A stretch of DNA of 64,000 nucleotides from an uncultured Actinomycetes bacterium (GCA_963833735.1 CAWHYR010000003.1:61304-125303), one strand, 5' to 3'; shown: positions 46,029 through 56,674, counted from the stretch's first letter. Made by a program: numbers and translations. Notes: generated from the sequence alone by a model not told the origin.

Positions 46029-47051
46029 TTGTCCGCGCCTAGCGTTGGTGCCGTGCTCATCTCCTGCGCGCTCCCGCCGTCGGTGGACTCCCCGGGCCAC
46101 GTCGAGCTGGCCGAGCAGCTCGGCTTCGCCCGTGCCTGGCTCTACGACTCCCCGGCGCTCTATCACGATGTCTGGATGGCGCTCGCCCGGAGCGCCGATC
46201 GCACGTCCACCATCGGGCTCGGCCCGGCCGTCCTGATCCCCACCCTCCGGCACCCCATGGTGAACGCGGCCGCCATCGCCTCGCTCTGCGAGCAGGCGCC
46301 CGGACGGGTGGCGGTCGCGATCGGCGCCGGGTTCACCGGCCGCCTGACACTGGGCCAGCGACCGATCCCGTGGCGGGACGTGGCCGTCTACGTCGGGGTG
46401 CTCCGGACGCTCCTGGCCGGCGGGGAGGCGGAGTGGGACGGGGCGATCATCTCGATGCTCCACCCTCACGGGTTCGGGCCGCCCCGGCCGATCGAGGTCC
46501 CGATCCTCATCGCGGCCGACGGGCCCCGGGGCCTCGAGGTGGCGGCCGCCATCGCCGACGGTGTCTTCTCGGCCGGGTTCCCCCAGCCCGACGCCGTGCG
46601 GGCCGCCGACTGGCGCGCGCTGTTGGCCTTCGGGACGGTGTTCGACGAGGACGAGGACTTCACGTCGCCCCGGGTGCTCGACACCCTGGCGCCGATCGGC
46701 GCCGTGCTCTACCACGCCACCTACGAGCGGGGCGCAGAGGCGGTCGACGGTCTGCCCGGCGGGCGGGCCTGGCGGGAGGCGATCGAAGCCGTGCCGGCCG
46801 AGCGGCGGCACCTGACCCTGCATGCCGGCCACCTGGTCGAGGCCAGCCCGCTCGAACGCAGCCACACGGGGGAGCTGGCGCCGGTGTTGGCCGGCACCTC
46901 GGTCTCGGGATCCCCCGGCCGGGTGCGCGAGCGGGTCGAGGAGCTGGCCGCCGTCGGGGTGACCGAGGTCGCGTTCCAGCCCGTCGGCGACGTCGAACGG
47001 GAGCTTCGCGCATTCGCGGCGGCGACGATCGATGCCAAAAGAGGTCCCTGA
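46029..47051 (+). CDS. LLM-class (luciferase-like, probably F420-dependent) oxidoreductase
   Basis: ORF 46029..47051. AEQLGFARAWLYDSP, LGPAVLIPTLRHP and GAGFTG. Confidence 0.8.
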   Translation: MSAPSVGAVLISCALPPSVDSPGHVELAEQLGFARAWLYDSPALYHDVWMALARSADRTSTIGLGPAVLIPTLRHPMVNAAAIASLCEQAPGRVAVAIGAGFTGRLTLGQRPIPWRDVAVYVGVLRTLLAGGEAEWDGAIISMLHPHGFGPPRPIEVPILIAADGPRGLEVAAAIADGVFSAGFPQPDAVRAADWRALLAFGTVFDEDEDFTSPRVLDTLAPIGAVLYHATYERGAEAVDGLPGGRAWREAIEAVPAERRHLTLHAGHLVEASPLERSHTGELAPVLAGTSVSGSPGRVRERVEELAAVGVTEVAFQPVGDVERELRAFAAATIDAKRGP

Positions 47052-47123
47052 GCGGCCCGCTCACCGGCCGGCGCAACGTCGGCTGGCCCCGGGTCCGGTG
47101 GCCCCGCCTATCATTCGGCCTTG

Positions 47124-47540
47124 ATGGAGCGTCCCTATCGGGTCGTGGTGGCCAAGCCGGGGCTCGACGGTCACGACCGCGGGGCGAAGGTCATCGCCCG
47201 GGCCCTGCGTGACGCCGGGTTCGAGGTGGTCTACACCGGCCTGCACCAGACCCCCGAGCAGATCGTCCACACGGTGGTCCAAGAGGACGCCGACGCCGTC
47301 GGCCTCTCCATGCTCTCGGGCGCCCACCTCACCCTCGTGCCCCGGGTCATCAGTGCGCTGGCCGAACAGGGTCGACCCGATGTGCTGGTGGTCGTCGGCG
47401 GGATCATCCCCGAGGCCGACGTCCCGATCTTGGAGGGCCTCGGTGTGGCCCACGTCTTCGGTCCGGGTGTGCCCTTGCCGTCGATTGGTGCGTGGTTGGC
47501 CGAAGCGCTCGATCGGCGTGAGGAGGCGCTCGGGGTCTAA
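47124..47540 (+). CDS. methylmalonyl-CoA mutase-type cobalamin-binding subunit (stand-alone B12 domain)
   Basis: ORF 47121..47540. VVVAKPGLDGHDRGAKVIARALRDAGFEVVYTGLHQTPEQIV carries the DxHxxG B12-binding signature. Confidence 0.85.
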   Translation: MERPYRVVVAKPGLDGHDRGAKVIARALRDAGFEVVYTGLHQTPEQIVHTVVQEDADAVGLSMLSGAHLTLVPRVISALAEQGRPDVLVVVGGIIPEADVPILEGLGVAHVFGPGVPLPSIGAWLAEALDRREEALGV

Positions 47541-47643
47541 GGACGCGGTCGGCCATCCGGCCGATTCGCTTTGTGACATACGGCGAGCACAATGGGCCTC
47601 CCGCGTCGCGGGAGCTCGAGGACAGTCAACAGAAGGGCAGCGG

Positions 47644-48795
47644 GTGGATCTCTACGAGTACCAGGGCAAGCAGTACTTCCATCGATTCGGCATCCCGACG
47701 TCACCCGGTGGCGTCGCGGACACCGTCGAGGAGGCGGTCGTCCAGGCCGACGAGGCCGGCTACCCGGTCGTCGTCAAGGCGCAGGTGAAGGTCGGCGGCC
47801 GGGGCAAGGCCGGTGGCATCAAGCTGGCCAACGACCCGGGCGAGGTGCGCCAGCACGCCGGGGCCATCCTCGGCCTCGACATCAAGGGCCACGTGGTCAA
47901 GCGCCTGTGGATCGAGCACGCGTCGGACATCGCCCGCGAGTACTACGCCAGCTTCACCCTCGACCGGCCCAACAAGCTGCATCTCGGCATGCTGTCGAAG
48001 GAGGGCGGCGTCGACATCGAAGAGGTGGCCGCCACCAACCCCGACGCGATCGCCAAGCTGCACATCGACCCGGTCGAGGGCCTGAGCCAGGAGGCCGCCC
48101 ACCGCTGGGTGGCCGAGGCCGACCTCGACGAGGCGGCCCGCGACGAGGCGGCGACGGTGCTCGTGCGCCTGTACCACTGCTTCGTGGAGGGCGACTGCGA
48201 CCTGGCGGAGATCAACCCGCTCATCTTGACGACCGATGGGCGGGTGCATGCGCTCGACGCCAAGGTCACCCTCGACGAGAACGCCGCCTACCGCCACCCC
48301 GAGTGGGAGGAGCTGGCCGGCACCGACACCGACGACGAGCGCGAGAAGATGGCCAAGGAGCGCGGCCTCAACTACATCGGGCTCTCGGGTTCCGTCGGCA
48401 TCATCGCCAACGGGGCCGGGCTGGCGATGTCGACGCTCGATGTCGTGACCCAGGTCGGCGGTTCCGCCGCCAACTTCTTGGACATCGGTGGCGGCGCCAA
48501 TGCCGCCATCATGGCGTCGGCGATGGAGGTCATCAACGCCGATCCGGCGGTGCGGTCGATCTTCGTCAACATCTTCGGCGGCATCACCAAGGTCGACGAG
48601 GTCGCCAAGGGGATCATCGAGGCGCTCGAGCGGGTCGAGATCCGCTCGCCGATCGTGCTCCGCCTCGACGGGACCAACGCTGTTGAGGGCCGCGCCCTGC
48701 TGGCCCCGCATCTCTCGGACCGACTGATGGCCGAGTCGACGATGCTCGGCGGCGCTCGCCGGGCCGTCGCCCTGGCCGGGGAGGCAACCCAATGA
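47644..48795 (+). CDS. sucC: succinate--CoA ligase beta subunit
   Basis: GTG at 47644, in frame with ORF 47209..48795. DLYEYQGKQYFHRFGIP, KAQVKVGGRGKAGGIKLA and NIFGGIT. Confidence 0.93.
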   Translation: MDLYEYQGKQYFHRFGIPTSPGGVADTVEEAVVQADEAGYPVVVKAQVKVGGRGKAGGIKLANDPGEVRQHAGAILGLDIKGHVVKRLWIEHASDIAREYYASFTLDRPNKLHLGMLSKEGGVDIEEVAATNPDAIAKLHIDPVEGLSQEAAHRWVAEADLDEAARDEAATVLVRLYHCFVEGDCDLAEINPLILTTDGRVHALDAKVTLDENAAYRHPEWEELAGTDTDDEREKMAKERGLNYIGLSGSVGIIANGAGLAMSTLDVVTQVGGSAANFLDIGGGANAAIMASAMEVINADPAVRSIFVNIFGGITKVDEVAKGIIEALERVEIRSPIVLRLDGTNAVEGRALLAPHLSDRLMAESTMLGGARRAVALAGEATQ

Positions 48796-49679
48796 GCATC
48801 TTCGTCGACGAACGCACGAAGGTCGTGGTCCAAGGCCTCACCGGCGGCCAGGGTCGTTTCCACGGCCTGCGCAACCGCGACTACGGCACGAAGGTCGTCG
48901 GTGGCGTGACGCCGGGCAAGGGCGGGAGCGATGTCGAGGGCATCCCCGTCTTCGACACGATGACCGAGGCCGTGGAGGCGACCGGCGCCGATGCCTCCTT
49001 CGTCGTCGTGCCGCCCCGTTTCGCCTGCGACGCCATCTTGGAGGCGGCCGTCGCCGGCATCAGCTTCATCGTCTGCATCACCGAGGGGATCCCGGCCCAG
49101 GACGAGGCACTCACCTACAACCGCCTGAAGCGGGAGTTCCCCCACGTGCGCCTGCTCGGCCCGAACTGCCCGGGGATCATCTCGCCGGGCAAGACCAACA
49201 TCGGGATCACCTCGGGGGACATCGCCATGGCGGGCGGACCCGTCGGCATCGTGAGCCGCTCGGGCACCCTCACCTACCAGGCCCTCTACGAGCTCTCCCA
49301 GCAGGGAATCGGCCAGACCACCTGCGTCGGGATCGGCGGGGACCCGGTGCCCGGCACCAACTTCATCGACTGCCTGGAGGCCTTCGAAGCCGACCCCGAC
49401 ACGCGCGCCGTGATGATGATCGGCGAGATCGGCGGGTCAGAAGAGGAGCGCGCCGCCGAGTTCATCGGTGCGCACGTGACCAAGCCGATCGTCGCCTACA
49501 TCGCCGGCGTCACCGCCCCGCCGGGCCGCAAGATGGGGCATGCCGGCGCCATCATCTCGGGTTCCCAGGGAACCGCCAGGGCCAAGATGGAAGCGTTGGA
49601 AGCCGTTGGCGTGGCCGTGGTGGCCAACCCGACCGAGGCGGGCGAACGGATGGTTGAGGTCGTTCGAGCGCTCGGTTAA
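48792..49679 (+). CDS. sucD: succinate--CoA ligase alpha subunit
   Basis: ORF 48792..49679. VVVQGLTGGQGRFH, SRSGTLTY and MGHAGAI. Confidence 0.95.
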   Translation: MSIFVDERTKVVVQGLTGGQGRFHGLRNRDYGTKVVGGVTPGKGGSDVEGIPVFDTMTEAVEATGADASFVVVPPRFACDAILEAAVAGISFIVCITEGIPAQDEALTYNRLKREFPHVRLLGPNCPGIISPGKTNIGITSGDIAMAGGPVGIVSRSGTLTYQALYELSQQGIGQTTCVGIGGDPVPGTNFIDCLEAFEADPDTRAVMMIGEIGGSEEERAAEFIGAHVTKPIVAYIAGVTAPPGRKMGHAGAIISGSQGTARAKMEALEAVGVAVVANPTEAGERMVEVVRALG

Positions 49680-49742
49680 TCGGCGTCCTCCGGCGCGTCC
49701 GGCTCGTTCTTCGGTGTCACGTCTGGGAGGTAGCGTGAGCGC

Positions 49743-50357
49743 GTGCGCGTCGCTGTGTTGGTCTCGGGCAGCGGCACGATCTTGGACGCCATGCTCGACG
49801 ACGGCGTGCCGGTCCACCTCGTGCTGGCTGACCGCGTCTGCGGGGCCCTCGACGTCGCGCGCCGCCATCGCGTGCATGCCGAGCTGCTCGATCGACGGCA
49901 ATGGGGCGGCTACGGGCGTGAGTTCGACCGCCGCGCGTTCACGACCGCGGTCACGGACCAGCTGCGGGCGGCCGAGATCGATGTCGTCGCCATGGCCGGA
50001 TTCGGCACGATCCTCGACGACCCGATCCACCTCGCCTTTCCCGGCCGGATCCTCAACACGCACCCGGCCCTGCTGCCGGCGTTCCCCGGCTGGCACGGGG
50101 TCGAAGACGCCCTGGCCGCCGGTGTCGCCGTGACGGGCTGCACCGTGCACGTGGCCACCCTCGAGATGGACGCCGGCCCGATCCTCGCCCAAGAGCAGGT
50201 CGCCGTGCTGCCCGGCGACACGGCGGAGTCCCTCCACGAGCGCATCAAGGCGGTCGAGCGCCGCTTGTATCCCGCCACCATCAAGCGCGTCCTCGACGAG
50301 CTGGCGGCGGGACGGCCCGTCGAAGCGCTCACCCGGTCCCAGGCGGCACCGGCGTGA
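49743..50357 (+). CDS. purN: phosphoribosylglycinamide formyltransferase
   Basis: ORF 49743..50357. VAVLVSGSGTIL, NTHPALLPAFPG and TVH. Confidence 0.9.
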   Translation: MRVAVLVSGSGTILDAMLDDGVPVHLVLADRVCGALDVARRHRVHAELLDRRQWGGYGREFDRRAFTTAVTDQLRAAEIDVVAMAGFGTILDDPIHLAFPGRILNTHPALLPAFPGWHGVEDALAAGVAVTGCTVHVATLEMDAGPILAQEQVAVLPGDTAESLHERIKAVERRLYPATIKRVLDELAAGRPVEALTRSQAAPA

Positions 50358-51856
50358 GGGCGCTGCTCTCCGTCTACGACAAGCGCGGCCTGCTGGAGCT
50401 CGCGCGGGGCCTGCGCGATCTCGGCTGGGACCTGGTCGCCAGTGGGCAGACCGCCGCCGCCCTGAGCGAGGCACACATCGAGCACCGGCAGGTGGCCGAC
50501 GTGACCGGATCGCCCGAGATGCTCGATGGGCGGGTGAAGACGCTGCACCCGGCGATCCACGGCGGGATCCTGGCCGACCGGTCAAAGCCCGAGCACCTGG
50601 CCGACCTGGCGGCCCAGGGGATCGAGCCGATCGACCTGGTGGTGTCCAACCTGTACCCGTTCTCGAGCGACCCCTCGATCGAGCTCATCGACGTCGGCGG
50701 GCCGTCCATGGTGCGCGGGGCGGCCAAGAACCACGCGCACGTCGCCGTGCTCACGTCGCCCGACGACTACGAGCCGGTGCTCGACGAGCTGCGCGCCAAC
50801 GGCGCACTCTCCGACGAGACCCGGCACCGGCTGGCCCGGGCCGCGTTCGCCCACACCGCCGCCTACGACGCGGCCATCGTCGAGTGGTTCGACGACAACG
50901 AGCTGCTGCCGCCCACCCTGCACCTCACCTTCGAGCGGGCCGGAGAGCTGCTCTACGGCGAGAACCCGCACCAGCGGGGCGCCCGCTACCGGCTGGCCGG
51001 CGGGACCTCCTGGTGGGATGCGGCCGTGCTCCACGGCGGGCGGGCGCTCTCCTACCTCAACCTCTTCGACACCGACGCCGGCTGGCGGCTCGTCCATGAG
51101 CTCGGCGCGGCCGGGCGCCCCGCGGTCGCGATCATGAAGCACGCCAACCCGTCCGGCGCGGCGGTGGCGGGCGACCTGGCCAGTGCCTACCGGCTGGCCC
51201 TGGAGAGCGATCCGGTCTCGGCGTTCGGTGGGGTGGTGGCGATCGGCGGTACCGTCGACGCCGCGCTGGCCGAGGTGGTGGCCGGCGGGCCACAGGCGGA
51301 CGTGATCGTGGCCGCCGGCTTCGACGACGCCGCGCTCGAGCGGCTGCGGGCGCGGCGCAAGGCCACCCGGTTGCTCAGCGCACCGGCGCCCGAGGCGGCC
51401 TTCCGCCACCTGCGCACGCTCGGCCAGGGGGGCCTCGTCCAAGACGGCGACGAACTGCACGCCGGCGTCTCCGAATGGACGGTCGTCACCAAGGTCGCCC
51501 CGACGCCCGAACAGCTCGACGACCTGGCCCTGGCCTGGCGTGTCTGCGCCCGGACCAGCTCGAACGCCATCGTGGTGGCGATCGGCGGGGCGACCGTCGG
51601 CGTCGGCGCCGGGCAGCAGAGCCGGGTGGTGGCGGCCGAGATCGCCGTCGCCCGGGCCGGCTCTCGGGCGACGGGCGCCGCTGCGGCCAGCGACGCCTTC
51701 TTCCCGTTTCCCGACGGCCTCGAGGTGCTGGCCCGGGCCGGGGTCGCGGCCGTCGTGCATCCCGGGGGGTCGGTCGGCGACGCGGCGGTCATCGAGGCGG
51801 CCGACGCCGCGGGGATCGCCCTGGTCACGACCGGCGAACGCCACTTCCGGCACTAA
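50354..51856 (+). CDS. purH: bifunctional AICAR transformylase / IMP cyclohydrolase
   Basis: ORF 50354..51856. ALLSVYDKRGL, GRVKTLHPAIHGGIL and C-terminal GERHFRH. Confidence 0.93.
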   Translation: MRALLSVYDKRGLLELARGLRDLGWDLVASGQTAAALSEAHIEHRQVADVTGSPEMLDGRVKTLHPAIHGGILADRSKPEHLADLAAQGIEPIDLVVSNLYPFSSDPSIELIDVGGPSMVRGAAKNHAHVAVLTSPDDYEPVLDELRANGALSDETRHRLARAAFAHTAAYDAAIVEWFDDNELLPPTLHLTFERAGELLYGENPHQRGARYRLAGGTSWWDAAVLHGGRALSYLNLFDTDAGWRLVHELGAAGRPAVAIMKHANPSGAAVAGDLASAYRLALESDPVSAFGGVVAIGGTVDAALAEVVAGGPQADVIVAAGFDDAALERLRARRKATRLLSAPAPEAAFRHLRTLGQGGLVQDGDELHAGVSEWTVVTKVAPTPEQLDDLALAWRVCARTSSNAIVVAIGGATVGVGAGQQSRVVAAEIAVARAGSRATGAAAASDAFFPFPDGLEVLARAGVAAVVHPGGSVGDAAVIEAADAAGIALVTTGERHFRH

Positions 51857-51901
51857 CCCGCTTGTCGCCGTGGGGTCGCGAGCCCCCACTACCCTGGTCC
51901 G

Positions 51902-52781
51902 GTGACCAAGATCGCCGACCTGCTGGCGGCCGGCCCGACGTACTCGTTCGAGTTCTTCCCGCCGAAGAGCGACGAGGAGCTGCGCACGCTGGCCCGCACG
52001 CTGTCAGAGCTGCAGCCCCTCGCCCCCTCCTTCGTGTCCGTCACCTACCGCGGCGGCGCGGAGTCGCGGCAGCGCACCCACGACCTCGTGTCCGGCATGC
52101 TCCACACCACCTCGCTCACCCCGATGGCCCACCTCGTCTGCGTGGCCCACTCCCGGCTCGAGCTCGCCGAGATCCTCGTCTCGTTCCGCCGTTCCGGAGT
52201 GGAGAACGTTCTGGCCCTGGGTGGCGATCCGGCCCCGGAGGGAAGCGGCGCCCCGCGGGAGCTGGCCCACGCCATCGAGCTGGTCCGCCTGGCCCGGGCG
52301 ATCGGGGGCTTCTCGATCGGGGTGGCCGCCCAGCCGATCGGTCACCCGGCATCCCCCGACCTGGCGATCGGACCGGGACCGGTTGGCCGAGAAGCTGACC
52401 GAGGCCGACTTCGCCATCACCCAGTTCTTCTTCGAGCTGGGTGACTACGAGCAGCTGGTGGCAGACCTGGCCGAGCGGGGCGTCACCAAGCCGGTGGTGC
52501 CCGGCGTCATGCCGGTCACCTCCCTCGCCTCGATCCCGCGGATGGCCACCATGGGGGCGCCGGTGCCCGAGTGGATGGTGCGCCGGCTCGAGGCGGCCGC
52601 CGCGGCCGGGGGCCCCGACGGCGTGCGCCGGGCGGGGGTGGAGCTCTCGACCGAGCTCTCCCGGTCGCTCTTGGCGGCCGGGGCGCCGGGCCTGCACTTC
52701 TACACGCTGAACCGCTCGAGCGCGACCCGGGAGATCTACGGCGCGCTGGGGCTCGTCCCGGACCCGATCCCGGCGCACTGA
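51902..52781 (+). CDS. metF: methylenetetrahydrofolate reductase, one frame disruption as assembled
   Basis: The N-terminal part is in ORF 51902 (YSFEFFPPKS, VSVTYRGG). The C-terminal part is in ORF 52221..52781 (SDRDRLAEKLTEADFAITQFFF, HFYTLNRS). The junction is at about 52366-52368. Confidence 0.85.
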
Positions 52782-52805
52782 GGGCGCCGTCGCTTCGTGC
52801 GGCGC

Positions 52806-52990
52806 AACCGGTCCCAGTTACAGCGTGCGCGGATCGAGACCCGCGCACCACCCTTCTCGGGTGTCCCACTCAAGCCGGTTCAGCCAGAGTCGGTTCCTGC
52901 TTCTTCCCACGAGGTGGGTTTCCGGGAGCAGTTCCACCGTCACCATCGTGACGGCCAGCGCTCCTCCCTCCACAGGCATTGGTGACCCGG
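52806..52990 (-). ncRNA. candidate TnpB omega/reRNA scaffold (tnpB 3' end plus right end of the element)
   Basis: By analogy with characterised TnpB loci, where the guide RNA overlaps the tnpB 3' end. Three stem-loops are seen on the minus strand in this interval. No direct evidence of a transcript is available. Confidence 0.2.
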
Positions 52991-54298
52991 CCCCGCGCCT
53001 TGGGGGTCCGGGACCTGGGTGGCCGAGGCGAACTCGGCCTCGCCCCAGATGGCGAGGTTGGCCGCGGCGTTGGTGTCGCGGTCGATGACCAGTCCACAGT
53101 CCGCACAAGAGAACTGTCGCTCGGAGAGCGCCATGTGCTCTTTCCGTTGCCCACAGCCCGAGCAGGTCCTGGTCGAGGCGAAGAACCTCGGGGCGACCAC
53201 CAGCTCGCAGTGGTACCACGACGCCTTGTAGGCGAGGAGACGGGCGAACTGTGCCCAGCCGGCATCGGAAATGGCCCGGGAGAGGTGCCCGTTGCGCACC
53301 AGGTTCTTGATTGCGAGGTCCTCCACACAGAGCCCGTCGTGGGTCTTGCCGAGCCGGGTCGAGGTCCGGTGCAAGAAGTCACGCCGGCGGTCGGCCACCT
53401 GGGCGTGGAGGCGGGCCCGGCGCCGGTTGGCCTTGGCCCGGTTGGCCGAGCCCGGGCGCTTCCGCGCGGCCGCGCGGTCCGCCCGCTGCAGCTGCGGCAG
53501 CGCCTGGAGCAAACACCGAGGCGGGGCGATGCGGTCGATCTCGGTGCCCCCCGCATCGGCGGCCACCACATGGGCCGAGAGGCCCCGGTCGAGGCCGACG
53601 AAGCGTTGGGGCGGCCCCGAGTGGCACAGGCCCGGGTGCAGGTCGGCCAGCTCGCAGGTCACCGCCAAGACGAAGCGCCCGGCCCGCTCGCGGACCGTCA
53701 CCGTGCAGATCCGCCCTGTGAGTTCCCCGTCCGGACCCTGGGCGAGGAGCCGCCGCAGGCGCCGGGTGTCCTCGCGGACCCCGACCACCCCGATCACAGG
53801 CACGGTGATGCTCCGCGGCGCGGCCTCGCCCACCCGAATCGATGGGCGTCCACTGGTTGAGACCTTGTTGCGCAGGCGGAAGGAGTTGCCGCCCCGGCCC
53901 TTCTTCTTGAAATGGGGGAACCCGGGCCCGCTCCGGCTGGCCTTGTAGGCCGCCAGCGACCGCCCCAGGTCGACCGCCTCTTCTTCGAAGACCTGGGCAC
54001 AGACCTGGTGGCGCCAGCGCAGACCGGTGGCCACCACCTCTGCCCGGCCGCCGGCGTCGACCGCCACGCTCTGGCCGGCGTCGATGCTGCGCTTCCAGGC
54101 GTTGAACCAGTTGATGAGCGAGTAACCGCTCCAGGGCACGTCGACCTGCGGATTCAACCGGCGCTCCCGGCGGGCGTCGTGCACGGCCTGCAGGCAACGG
54201 TTCCAGGCAAAGCGCCGGGCGCCGATGTGCCGGCGCAAGACAGCGGCCAGCTGCTCGCCGGCCACCGCCGTGAAGCGCATGGTCGCCGTCCGGGCCAT
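52940..54298 (-). CDS. tnpB: TnpB (IS605 OrfB family RNA-guided endonuclease), apparently intact
   Basis: ATG at 54298, within ORF 52940..54514 (-). RuvC-like residues are present in [14 protein letters not shown] and [12 protein letters not shown]. The zinc ribbon is CSGCG...CADCG. 452 aa. Confidence 0.88.
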   Translation of the reverse strand: MARTATMRFTAVAGEQLAAVLRRHIGARRFAWNRCLQAVHDARRERRLNPQVDVPWSGYSLINWFNAWKRSIDAGQSVAVDAGGRAEVVATGLRWRHQVCAQVFEEEAVDLGRSLAAYKASRSGPGFPHFKKKGRGGNSFRLRNKVSTSGRPSIRVGEAAPRSITVPVIGVVGVREDTRRLRRLLAQGPDGELTGRICTVTVRERAGRFVLAVTCELADLHPGLCHSGPPQRFVGLDRGLSAHVVAADAGGTEIDRIAPPRCLLQALPQLQRADRAAARKRPGSANRAKANRRRARLHAQVADRRRDFLHRTSTRLGKTHDGLCVEDLAIKNLVRNGHLSRAISDAGWAQFARLLAYKASWYHCELVVAPRFFASTRTCSGCGQRKEHMALSERQFSCADCGLVIDRDTNAAANLAIWGEAEFASATQVPDPQGAGPGHQCLWREERWPSRW

Positions 54299-54416
54299 GA
54301 GTCCGATGGTGGCACGGGGGTGTTTCACCTGGAGTGGGCGCCCCGCCACCCCGCAGACATCAGTGGGCCAGACTCCTGTTGGCGCCCTATTCGTTCCGCC
54401 TCTTAGGCTCCCGGCC

Positions 54417-55617
54417 ATGGCCGAGAAAATCACGATGTCCGCCGACGGCACCCTCGTCGTCCCGAATGAGCCGATCATCCCCTTCATCGAAGGCGACGGC
54501 ACCGGCGTCGACATCTGGCCGGCCGCCCGCCTGGTCCTCGACGCGGCGGCCGAGAAGCACGGCTACAAGGTCGCGTGGAAGGAGGTGCTGGCCGGCCAGA
54601 AGGCGTTCGACGAGGTCGGCAACTGGCTGCCCGACGAGACCGTCGAGGCGTTCCGGGAGCACCTGATCGGGATCAAGGGCCCGCTCACCACCCCCGTCGG
54701 CGGCGGCATCCGCTCGCTCAACGTGGCGCTGCGCCAGCTCCTCGACCTCTACGTGTGCCTGCGCCCCGTCCGCTGGTTCCAGGGCGTGCCCTCCCCGGTG
54801 CTCCATCCCGAGCTGGTCGACATGGTCATCTTCCGGGAGAACACCGAGGACGTCTACGCCGGCTACGAGGTGCAGTCCGGGACCCCCGAGGCGATCAAGC
54901 TCATCGCCTACCTGCGCGACGAGATGGGCTGGCCGATCCGGGAGGGCTCGGGCATCGGCATCAAGCCGATCTCCGAGTTCGGGCTCCAAGCGCCTCGTCC
55001 GCGCCGCCATCCGCTACGCGCTGGACCACGGCCGCAAGTCCGTCACGCTCGTGCACAAGGGCAACATCCAGAAGTTCACCGAGGGGGCCTTCCAGGCCTG
55101 GGGCTACGAGCTCGTGCGCGAGGAGTTCGCCGACGTGGCCGTCGGCTGGGACGACTGCGACGGCAAGCCCGGCGACAGGCTGCTCGTGAAGGACACCATC
55201 GCCGACATCACCCTCCAGCAGGTGCTCACCCGGCCCGGCGGAGTTCGACGTCATCGCCACCACCAACCTGAACGGCGACTACCTCTCCGACGCCCTGGCC
55301 GCCCAGGTGGGCGGGATCGGCATCGCCCCCGGCGGCAACATCAACTACGTGACCGGCCACGGCGTCTTCGAGGCCACCCACGGCACCGCCCCCAAGTACG
55401 CGGGGCAGGACAAGGTGAACCCGGGCTCGGTGCATCCTCTCGGGCGTCCTCATGTACGAGCACCTGGGCTGGACCGGCCGCCGCCGCCGACATCGTGAGG
55501 GCCCTGGAGGCGACGATCGCCGCCAAGATCGTCACCTACGACTTCGCCCGCCTGATGGACGGTGCCACCGAGGTCAAGTGCTCGGAGTTCGCCCAGGCCA
55601 TCGTCGAGCGGCTCTAG
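54417..55617 (+). pseudogene. icd: NADP-dependent isocitrate dehydrogenase, four frame disruptions as assembled
   Basis: [30 protein letters not shown]...[10 protein letters not shown] is in the frame of ORF 54225. [11 protein letters not shown]...[13 protein letters not shown] is in ORF 55051. [17 protein letters not shown]...[10 protein letters not shown] is in ORF 55307. [13 protein letters not shown] is in ORF 55452. The tail [10 protein letters not shown]...AQAIVERL is back in frame 55051. Junctions lie at about 54983, 55241, 55433 and 55477, each f to f+1. Confidence 0.85.
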
Positions 55618-55672
55618 GAACAGCGCCGCCCGCGGCTTGGTCCGGGCTCCCGATCGTCTCTAGCCTCGCTGT

Positions 55673-56672
55673 ATGGCCAAGACCCCCGTCCACGTCACCG
55701 TCACCGGCGCCGCCGGTCAGATCGGCTACTCGCTCCTCTTCCGCATCGGCGCCGGGCCAGATGTTCGGCCCGGACCAGCCGGTCGTGCTGCGGCTGCTTG
55801 AGATCGAGCCCGCCATGAAGGCGCTCGACGGCGTGGTGATGGAGCTCGACGACTGCGCCTTCCCGCTGCTGGCCGACATCGTGGCCACCTCCGACGCCAA
55901 GACCGCCTTCGACGGTGTGTCCTGGGCGCTGCTCGTGGGCTCGGTGCCCCGCAAGGCGGGCATGGAGCGCGGCGACCTGCTCAGCATCAACGGCGGCATC
56001 TTCAAGCCCCAGGGCCGGGCGGTGGCCGAGCACGCCGGCGCCGACGTCCGGGTCCTCGTCGTCGGCAACCCGTGCAACACCAACTGCCTGATCGCCCGGG
56101 CCAACGCGCCGGAGGTCCCCGCCGACCGCTGGTTCGCCATGACCCGCCTCGACGAGAACCGGGCCAAGGGCCAGCTGGCCCAGAAGGCGGGCGTCCCGGT
56201 GGCGTCGGTCTCCAACGTCGCCATCTGGGGCAACCACTCGGCGACTCAGTTCCCCGACTTCGCCAACGCGCGCATCGACGGCAGGCCGGTGACCGATGTC
56301 ATCACCGACCGCGCCTGGCTGCGAGGGCGAGTTCCTCACCACCGTGCAGAAGCGCGGCGCCGCCATCATCGAGGCCCGCGGCTCGTCCTCGGCCGCCTCG
56401 GCGGCCAGCGCCGTCGTCGACACGGTGAGCTCGCTGCGCCAGCCGACCGCGGCGGGCGACGTCACCTCCGTCGCCGTGGCGAGCGGCGGTCAGTACGGGA
56501 TCGCCGGAGGGTCTGCAGTTCGGGTTCCCGGTGCGCGTGGCGGCCGACGGTGCCTGGCAGGTGGCCGAGGGGCTGACCCACGACGCGTTCGCGCAGGACC
56601 GCATCCGCATCACGACGGAGGAACTCGAGTCCGAGCGCGACGAGGTGCGCGTCGCTCGGTCTGATCGCCTAG
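55673..56672 (+). pseudogene. mdh: malate dehydrogenase, four frame disruptions as assembled
   Basis: [25 protein letters not shown] starts at ATG 55673. The core is in ORF 55452..56576 ([48 protein letters not shown]). [20 protein letters not shown] is in ORF 56296. [15 protein letters not shown] is in ORF 56531. The last 6 aa, SLGLIA-stop, are at 56652-56672. Junctions lie at about 55755, 56320, 56503 and 56650. Confidence 0.85.
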
Positions 56673-56674
56673 CT

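Larger units (their letters stand above)
52806..54410 (-). mobile_element. solo IS200/IS605-family (IS1341-like) tnpB element; no tnpA; ends approximate
   Basis: It occupies the whole metF-icd spacer. tnpB is present, together with hairpins at both ends (52825-52848, 52906-52918, 52937-52954, 54308-54350). No transposase gene is present. Confidence 0.55.
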
